64,000 bases of DNA, taken from contig NIVC01002131.1 in the NCBI GenBank assembly GCA_002269645.1, forward strand, positions 1 to 64,000. The letters run 5' to 3'. This document shows, piece by piece, positions 50,601 to 64,000 of the stretch. The notes below the pieces were generated by a model that ran no database searches, had not been told where the DNA came from, and saw only the letters and a program-made list of their open reading frames with translations. Position numbers and translations under genes: made by a program. The DNA comes from Macrostomum lignano (lineage: Eukaryota). Numbering within the stretch: the stretch's first letter is position 1; every line of letters starts with the position of its first letter.

Positions 50601-53600
50601 TGCATTTATCCTAAAACTGGGAGTGACCCTTGCATTTATCCTAAAACTGGGAGTGACCCTTGCATTTATCCTAAAACTGGGAGTGACCCTTGCATTTATC
50701 CTAAAACTGGGAGTGACCCTTGCATTTATCCTAAAACTGGGAGTGACCCTTGCATTTATCCTAAAACTGGGAGTGACCCTTGCATTTATCCTAAAACTGG
50801 GAGTGACCCTTGAATTTATCCAAAAACTGGGAGTGACCCTTGCATTCAATCCAGGGCTGGGAGTGACCCTTACATTCATTTTAGAGCTGGGAGTGACACT
50901 TGCATTCATTCTATAGCTGGGAGTGACCCTTGCATTCAATCCAGGGCTGGGAGTGACCCTTGCATTCAATCCAGGGCTGGGAGTGACCCTTGCATTCAAT
51001 CCAGGGCTGGGAGTGACCCTTACATTCATTTTAGAGCTGGGAGTGACACTTGCATTCATTCTATAGCTGGGAGTGACCCTTGCATTCAATCCAGGGCTGG
51101 GAGTGACCCTTGCATTCAATCCAGGGCTGGGAGTGACCCTTGCATTCAATCCAGGGCTGGGAGTGACACTTGCATTCAATCCAGGGCTGGGAGTGACCCT
51201 TGCATTCAATCCAGGGCTGGGAGTGACCCTTGCATTCAATCCAGGGCTGGGAGTGACCCTTGCATTCAATCCAGGGCTGGGAGTGACCCTTGCATTCATT
51301 CTATAGCTGGGAGTGACCCTTGCATTCAATCCAGGGCTGGGAGTGACCCTTGCATTCAATCCAGGGCTGGGAGTGACCCTTGCATTCATTCTATAGCTGG
51401 GAGTGACCCTTGCATTCAATCCAGGGCTGGGAGTGACCCTTGCATTCAATCCAGGGCTGGGAGTGACCCTTGCATTCATTCTATAGCTGGGAGTGACCCT
51501 TGCATTCAATCCAGGGCTGGGAGTGACCCTTGCATTCAATCCAGGGCTGGGAGTGACCCTTGCATTCATTCTATAGCTGGGAGTGACCCTTGCATTCAAT
51601 CCAGGGCTGGGAGTGACCCTTGCATTCAATCCAGGGCTGGGAGTGACCCTTGCATTCATTCTATAGCTGGGAGTGACCCTTGCATTCAATCCAGGGCTGG
51701 GAGTGACCCTTGCATTCAATCCAGGGCTGGGAGTGACCCTTGCATTCAATCCAGGGCTGGGAGTGAGCCTTCTACATAAAATACCTGGTAGCCGCCCTTG
51801 AATCGCCAAATATGCAGCGCCTCATCTTGCGCCCCAATCTCGCAGGTGAATGAACCGATCAGCTCGGCTCCAGAGTCTTTCTGGTCAAACAGATCCAGAA
51901 ATCGTTTGCTAAAGATTTTAATAAGGTAGAAATTAGATAAAATGGTTTACTATAAGCATGATAGCTTAAATAAACTCACGTCTCTTCCAAATAAGTCTGC
52001 ATAAAATGAGGCCTAACAAGATGTACTGAAATTGGAATTGAAAAGACAGATTGAATAAAACTTTTATTAGGAATTTTTATTAAAGAAAATTGAGAAACAG
52101 TAATTTCTTATTTCTTACTTTGAATCTCGAAGATCTCATTACCATCAGACAATCTGTTGCTCTGGGCACCAATCTCATTTTTTGCTCCACTCATACCTGT
52201 GAAGAAACCTGACATAGCTGGACTGCTATGTAGCTGTCTATAGTTGAAAAAATAGATTTTAACACCAATCATATACAATAGTTAGTTGAAATCAACAAAA
52301 ATCTATTAAGTGAACATAAAAAGGATTTTTAAAGGTCATCATTCATTAACAGGCTGCACTTATTTATTGCATAAAAAGAAAATCTAGAATTGTATAAATC
52401 TTAATTTTAGCCAATACTATCTAATCCACACAATATATATGTGGTATATAGAATTTATTGCTTAAGTCTTTAACACCAAGAACTTTAAGTCATAAGAGCC
52501 TCCTTATACCTTTTGCATTGAAAGCAAAAAACATTTATCTTAACTTTAGTCCCTGCCCTAGCACTTCAATTATACAATGTGCATATAGGATTAAAACTTA
52601 AGTCATTTAAGTTTTAGTTACTAATTTAGTATATATTGTAAAGTGGTTAGCCTAATATTAACAAATATAGGAACTAGACATTTTTATGACTATATCCATA
52701 TTTGTATATTCTGGTTATAAATCTTTTTATCTATAACTTTCTGTAGTCATATCTATAGCTACGAGGGGAAGTAAAAAAGTAATGATAATTTTGCTGTCAC
52801 GCCTAAAATATCAGAGTTATTGAACTGCAACTGGTTTCATTTGAAAAAACATATTTTGATCTTTATTTGACAGAGTTTTAGTTCTTCTAAAGTGATTGAT
52901 GCCTGCATGGTGACACTCTAATCACAGTATACCCTTTCAGCAATGGAAAATTCAAAAATTGAAGCTCGTACTAATGTGACATTTCTTGTATCGCTTGGTT
53001 GGAAGCCAGCCGAAATCATTGACGCTTTGAAGAAGGTCTATGGGGACACTGCTCCACCAGATCCAACCATTTATTGCTGGATTCAGGCTTTTAAGGAAGG
53101 CCGAGAGTCCACGGAAGACGCCCAGCGGTCGGGAAGGCCCACAACATCGCGCACAGGGGAAAATGTGGCAGCTGTGCAGCCAGTGATTGAGCTGGATCGG
53201 CGCGTGACCATAGACAATATTGCTGACAAAGTTGGCATTGCTCATGGCAGTGCTCACTCCATTGTGACGGACTGTCTTGGTCTGAGCAAGCTGAGTGCCC
53301 GCTGGGTCCCGAGGCTGTTGCGGCCTGAACACTGGGTTCAGCACACTGAGTGTGCCATCAACCTGCTGAACCGCTTGGACGCTGGTTCAGAAAACTTTTA
53401 CCAGCGCTTAGTGACCGAGGATGAAACATGGATATTTCAGTACAATCCCGAGTCCAAGGTCCAATCCAAAGAGTGGCTGCCACGAGGTTCAGCAGGCCCC
53501 AAGAAGTTCCATGCGGAACAGTCTGCAGCGAAGGTCTTGGCGACGATTCTCTGGGATGTTGAGGGAGTGGTGATGGTGGACTTCTTGGAAAGCCAGAAGA

Positions 53601-55697
53601 CCATCAATGCCACCTATTATACGTCGCTTCTGCGAAAGCTCCGAACCGAACTGGCCAAAAAGCAACCTGGCAAGCTGCACCTTGGGATTCTCTTTCACCA
53701 CGACAATGCACCAGCTCGGCTCTGCCATGAAGCCCTGCAAGATTTCCGCTGGGAAATCCTCCAGCATCCTCCATATTGCCCTGGTTTGGCTCCTTCGGAC
53801 TTTTTTTGCTTCCCAAGCTGAAGGAAGCAATCAAAAGGAGACCAAAATGAGGACAAAGAGGCTGCCAAAAAGGCTACTATACAGTGGCTTGTTGCACAGC
53901 CTCCTGAGTTCTATGTGAACGGCCTGGAGAGATGGCGACACTGCATGGAGAAGCGTCTGACCCTGGAGGGGGACTATGTAGAACAGTAGATTTCCATTTG
54001 AAGTTTGACACTCGTGACAACAAAATTATTATTACTTTTTGACTTCCCCTCGTATTGTGGAATCATAGAAGAAAAAGAAAACTTAAAGTTAACTTTTTTC
54101 AGTATTAATTAAAAATCTAACATTTTTTATATGTAATATCAATTTTAATAACTTGATAAAAGACAAAACCTACCAAAAATATTAATGTAAGATATGTTTT
54201 ATTTTTAATGTTTAAATGATATAAGAGTTAGAATAATGAATTTTAATCCAGTAATATTATTATATTTTATTTTGTCAAGATTGTGAAGATCTTGGCACTT
54301 TTTTAATCTTTTTAATCTTTTTTAATCCAGTCTGTTTCCTAATATTATTTTTAAGTTTAAATTGGTACTAAAACATAGTGCCAATGTGCCATAGTAGAAA
54401 ATGATGTCTATGGCCAAAAAGGATAAGAAATATAATAAACTCTAATACCATTTCTAATTCCATATTATCTATTGTTCTATTTACTGCTTCATCTATTGCT
54501 ACTTTTATTGCCCTATCTACTACTCTAGCTATTGCTCCATAATCCCTCCATTTACTTCTCTATAAACTGCTCTTTCTAGTGCTCATACTCATAGACATTA
54601 TGGTTTGGTATCGATGCAAACTTAAAAATAAATTTGCAAAACAAACTGGAAGCAAACTTACCAATGTTATCATACTTATATTTGATATATATCAAGTTAT
54701 TAATAATCTCAAATATTAAATAATCATTGTTTTTTCCATTATTATTATATAAATTTGATTTAACAAGTAACTATATTAATATTGTCATTGATAGATAAAA
54801 GTATAAATAGGCCTATTAGATGCAAATTAGGGTTAATCTTAAATCTTAATTGAATCTTGATCATCTCAAAAGTATAGATCTTGAGTCTCAAAAATCTTGA
54901 AAAATTGGATATTATATTATCTAATTTCTATTTATTTATACAATGCAAATACTTTTTAGATAGATAATATAAAATTATAATACATAAAGGACCATAAATG
55001 AAATAAAACACTTCATTAGGTAATAAATTTAAAAAAATATTTATTATTAATAAAACTAGATAAAAAAGATTAATCTTTGTTATTTAATAAATAATCTAAA
55101 AAATAGAATTGTTTTTATTGGAGAACTTGGAGAACAATTAGTATATTTAATAATTTTCATAGTTTCTAATTGCATATTTGGAACTTAAAATACACTTATA
55201 AAATTAGGTTCAAAGCTAGAAAATCCTTTTATCAAATTAACCATAACATAAGCAAAGGTCTACCTCTAATGATATCCCCAAAATTAATGGCAATGATTCT
55301 ATTTTAGTAATTGTAATATTAACAGAAAAATTTGAAAGATAACTTGATTTGACTACAATTGTTATAAAATAAAAGAAGTTAAATAGAAAAAGGTAAATTA
55401 ATAAACAAAATATAGACAAGATGTTAAGGTTTTCTCAATGCCTCTATTCTTAGTTTGTGCTTAATGATATTGATAGACACAAAATTTAATTAAAATTATT
55501 ATAATATATAGTTAATAACCTGCATTCGTTGTTGCTATAGACTTCAAAGTAAAAAAACCATAACAAAAGATGTAAAATATTTTGACAAAATTTAAACAAT
55601 TTTCAACAAAAATTTGAACATAGGGCTACACAAAATTGAAAATTTACCTGTTAAATAACTTCAAAGAACAAAAGCTAGCCCTGCGTAGAAAATTCAT
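47625..55697 (-). CDS. NIPSNAP: NipSnap family protein (mitochondrial)
   Basis: Confident exons 52196-52119, 52025-51980, 51908-51785, 50269-50086 and 47896-47625 splice in phase to 'SNRLSDGNEIFEIQIHLVRPHF..IGSFTCEIGAQDEALHIWRFKGGY..LRSRRNQ..IYELRSYNLRPGNLLEWGNYW..HHLWCYKDL..PFSPLQ*'. Tentative first exon 55697-55648 (MNFLRRASFCSLKLFN, presequence-like) needs an unresolved phase-2-to-1 exon, possibly near 54.6 kb. Confidence 0.93.
47996..49812. repeat. 16-bp minisatellite (gatatgaagtgtctga / gtcggg variants) filling a NIPSNAP intron
   Basis: More than 110 units; source of the 620, 455 and 293-aa repeat ORFs. Confidence 0.98.
50368..51768. repeat. 30-bp minisatellite (ctgggagtgacccttgcattcaatccaggg) in a NIPSNAP intron, with a 90-bp higher-order pattern
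   Basis: About 46 units; homogeneous variant block on the left, 2+1 variant periodicity on the right. Confidence 0.97.
52762..54052 (+). mobile_element. Full-length (1291-bp) mariner transposon, Hsmar2/irritans-like, inserted antisense in a NIPSNAP intron
   Basis: TA|cgaggggaagtaaaaaagtaatgataattttg ... caaaattattattactttttgacttcccctcg|TA; encodes a transposase. Confidence 0.95.
52943..53989 (+). pseudogene. Defective mariner transposase
   Basis: 'KIEARTN..LGWK..KVYGD..RSGRP..RWVPR..DETW..HHDNAPA..HPPYCPGLAPSDF'. Second-to-third Asp spacing is 31 rather than 34, YSPDL is changed to YCPGL, and the C-terminus is frameshifted ('..CMEKRLTLEGDYVEQ*'). Confidence 0.9.
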
Positions 55698-56886
55698 GGC
55701 TGAAATTAAACACTATTTGCAACAGGGTATAAATATTATTGCACAAACTAATAAAGTGCAAGTGCAATTGCAAATTCCAGTTTTCTGGAATCAAGGGTAA
55801 GATTCTTCTTCGATAAATCATGAACCTGAGACTTCCATGAAATATGCTTTAGTTTAAAATGTTGTTCTTAGATTTTTTGTTTAAAACAAAAAGTGAATAG
55901 AGATTGTGTGTAATAAACATAAAATTATGTTTTTTTTATACAAAATTTGTTTAAAAAAAATAATTTTAATAGGAATATTTTACAGTTTTGCAACAAAAAT
56001 TAAGTAGTAAATTCTCTCATGTAAATTATTCTTATTTGATTTGTTTTACAAGCCACTTATTATAGCTTTTAGTTCATTCACAGCCGTCGAGTGCCAACTT
56101 AACTGAATATAATTCGACTGACGGCTGATACTAAACTGACTAGTCGCAGTTAAAAGTTAACAGCCGATTTTTTGTTAGAATGGCAAATAGATCTATTTCA
56201 GGATCTATTTCACTTTTATATTTCTCTGCCTTCTAAAGCGTGCTACCTTACCTCAATTTGATTTTTTGAGTATGAAAATCGTATATATGAAATTAAGTTA
56301 ATCAACTATATTTCTTGGGGAGTAGCTCGCTTGAAGAACGGTTGAAGAATGAAGGAAAGAACGAAAAATATTTATCCCTATATCATTAATTTATAAGTTT
56401 TGTGCTGTGTAGTGCACTAGTGTAACGTTATTGTTTTTTAGAACTTTTTGTTAAAATAATGGAAGACTGAGAGAAATATGCAGTTTTTTTCCTGTTTTTT
56501 TCCTTTTTAAAAGTACTTTAATATTAAAGATTAATTTTTTTCTGTGGGTCTGAAACAGTAAATATGTTTTTGATAAAAAGGTCAAGGATTGCCTAAATCT
56601 AGTATTCTTTCATTGTAGCTTGAGTTGCTTCTTCTTGAATTATATAAACAGACAAGCAAGATTTAGTTATTATCATATGAGAAAGTCAAAATACTAATTG
56701 TTTAGAGTAGACTTCATAGCAAAATTTTATGATGACCAATAATGCATAATTTCAAATTATTGTAGCAAATTTTCATAGAAATTTATAATTTCTAACTGCA
56801 ATTGTTTCTGTTCAGCTGTTTAAAATCTTTCTTTTGCGAATTGAAATACAATTTGACTAGTAACGAAAATTTCAGACAGCGGTGTT

Positions 56887-58536
56887 ATGGACGTTAGCGT
56901 GGAGGAATACTTTCGAACAACATTTGAGGATAAGCTGCTAGTGTAAGTGCATTGCTATTTGTTCTGTAGGCTAGCTGCTGAAGCCAAATTTAGAAAACAA
57001 AACATTTTTTATTTGTTTGGATAAATTTCAAAAACTTTTATTTGGAAATATTTCATAGAAAAATGCCAGAGAGAGAGGACGATCATCTTACATCGGCAAC
57101 GAGGCTGCTGGAAAAGAAGCGCGAAATGATGGAGGTTGAGACGGCACTCAGCGTGAGTTCGCTCTTCTTTCATACGCTGATATTTATTATTTCAACCACG
57201 TCTAAACCCCCAGTGAACGTCAATGTCTAGACACTAGACAGTCGATAGAACTATAGTTATAATAAAAAATGATCTAATCAAATGCTTCACCAGGCTCAAA
57301 AAGAAGAGTTCCAAATGAAGATGGAATCGCTTCAGCAGCGTCGTGAAGAGCTAGAGAAGAAGGAGCACCAGCTGAAGGAGAGTCTGCTGAAGTTCGACCG
57401 ATTTCTGAAAGAAACGGACGCCAAACGAGTTCGCGCGGTTAAGAAGGCCGGCGACGAGCGAGCGTACAGGCGTCAGAAGGAGCAGGAGATTGTGGAAATC
57501 CAAGGAGAGATGCGGGTTTACTCCCAGCTGCGCGAACGGCTTAAAGCCCTATCAGATCGCTACGAGCGCTATCAGAAATTTCTCGAGAAAGTTATCGAAG
57601 AGTCAAACGAATTTACTGAGGTTCGCGAGGTCATGGATCGCTATGAGACGTTGAGCTCAACTAAAAAGGTGGGTAAAAAAAGTCTTACGCTTTCAGCAGT
57701 TTAGCGCTACGACCCCTGGTTCGATTCCGTGTGCAAACGCATTCGATTGGGGCTCGTGTGCACAAAAATTGGTCATAAGGGTTTGTCGTGCGATTCACAG
57801 CCATGAGGGCCAACCCCCAAGGCACAGAGAGTGCACATGCCTCATGATCACAAAGTCAGGGCCGCTGTACACCCTGTGTGAGCGTGTGTGTACGAGTGCG
57901 TGCCTGTGTACAGTATTGGCGTGCCTGTGTGTGCTCAGGTGTCTGCGGAATGGGCAGAACTGTGGGAAGGTGTTTCGGCAGGGTTCAACAGCTCCTCATG
58001 CAAATAGTTATTATGCATAGGTGCTACGGTCAAATGATGCTCATCAGTTTCTATCATAACCAGGGAAGCAAGTTTTCAGAGCTGCCTTGGTTCTGTTTTC
58101 CCTCCACCAGGACCTGAAACGCCGCGAGGACCGCAACCAGGAAACAGTCGAGGGCCACAAATCAGAGCAGTCGCGCTACAAAGAGTCCAAAGCCAACGAG
58201 GTCCTGTCGCAGAACAATGTACTCAGCGGGCTGCGCGAACGGCTAGACGAGTCCGCCAGCCGGGCTTTGCAGTGCGAGGCGGAATGGACGCAGGTGAAAA
58301 ACTCGGTAGCTGATCGGACCCTTCAGCTCGGCATGATTCGCGTAGCAACCCACAACCTGTGCCAACTGGTGTCGCGCTACCGGGACCAGGGCGACGACAT
58401 CGACCTGGATGACGAAGTGCTCCAGGTGACCTCGGAACAGCTGGCCAGGGTGCAGCAGTTCGTCCTTGACCTGACGGCCATCACGGATAGAGTCGCCAGA
58501 GGCGCCATAGAGGTCGATGAGGAGTCAGATTACTAG
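56887..58536 (+). CDS. CFAP73: CFAP73/CCDC42-family (DUF4200) coiled-coil ciliary protein, 316 aa, 4 exons
   Basis: Exons 56887-56942, 57059-57152, 57294-57668 and 58111-58536 are in phase (951 nt): 'EEYFR..EDKL..ATRLLEKKREM..AQKEEF..LKESLLKFDRFLKE'. CFAP73 versus CCDC42 cannot be firmly separated. Confidence 0.9.
57695..58000 (+). mobile_element. SINE copy in CFAP73 intron 3
   Basis: B box ggttcgattcc plus core 'gagggccaacccccaaggcacagagagtgcacatgcct...gtcagggccgctgtacaccctgtgtgagcgtg'. Confidence 0.85.
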
Positions 58537-59193
58537 ACTGGAGCTCTGCGGCCTGATTCTTAATATCTATTGACTCATTTTGTGAAACTATTTTTATCGA
58601 ATCGTTTGTATTGAGCCAAGCACCGTCTTCTTGCTGTATGATTGTGCTCAAGTGTTATATTAACTCGGAAATTTTAATATCGAAAGCCAGTTTCTGAATG
58701 ATAACCTTTATTCTTGTATATCACAAATTTTGGTAATGCACCGTATTTTAAACTTCCAATCTTGGTTTCTTAATGTTAAAAATAATTTCTATTACATTCC
58801 TACTATTCTACAAACGCTATATATGGATTTTTCGGGTAATGCAGCCTACAGAAAGCTTCCAATTTGTAAGAAACAATTTTATTGATACTCTTGCAGTCCG
58901 TTTCACGCGCTTCCATTATTCTTGTTGCATATTTTTCCTGATGTTTAGATGAGAAATTTCTATAAAAAATTTTGAATTTCAACCAGCTGCACTTTGTTTG
59001 ATTTTTTTATTTACGCACTCATCAATAGTCTTAGAATAGACAAGCTTAGTCTATATATAATTAGCCTTTGTACTTTGAAAACCCTACACTGATAGGCTAT
59101 TGTTAGCCAGTCACTATGCATTGCTATAGAACATTTGCTAGGCATATTTGTAGTTCTATCAGAACCTGACAGAATTGCAACAATTCTATTCAG

Positions 59194-64000
<4,807 letters not shown>

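Noticed and set aside
50421-51809. 462-aa ORF on the NIPSNAP strand
   Set aside because: Arises from a 30-bp unit; out of frame with the NIPSNAP exon, and intron retention hits a stop within about 12 codons.

Overview
Eukaryotic (animal) genomic DNA; I found no prokaryotic features. The calponin type, GC-rich exons and minisatellite-filled introns best fit a free-living flatworm such as Macrostomum (inference, not a database result). Seven spliced genes can be modelled from GT-AG junctions that keep the reading frame: (1) a divergent, intron-poor type I ferlin (- strand, 7938 to beyond base 1); (2) an orphan 123-aa single-pass membrane protein, head-to-head with it (+, 8235-8781); (3) a calponin with a CH domain and five calponin repeats (+, 11747-14593); (4) a signal-peptide/LRR/stalk/GPI-signal protein (-, 23214-19917); (5) NIPSNAP (-, about 55697-47625); (6) a CFAP73/CCDC42-family gene (+, 56887-58536); (7) a gene apparently joining a DZANK1-like Fn3-associated domain to an atypical annexin core (+, 59194 to beyond 64000). 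The rest holds more than 20 distinct mini/microsatellites (the source of most long low-complexity ORFs), two mariner elements, several MITEs, four copies of a tRNA-derived SINE and decayed LINE fragments. Eight apparent frameshifts in three genes are mostly single missing bases and probably reflect assembly error. The most interesting leads are the Fn3-assoc/annexin fusion, intronic minisatellites that seem seeded from 3' splice sites, the GPI-LRR protein and the divergent ferlin.
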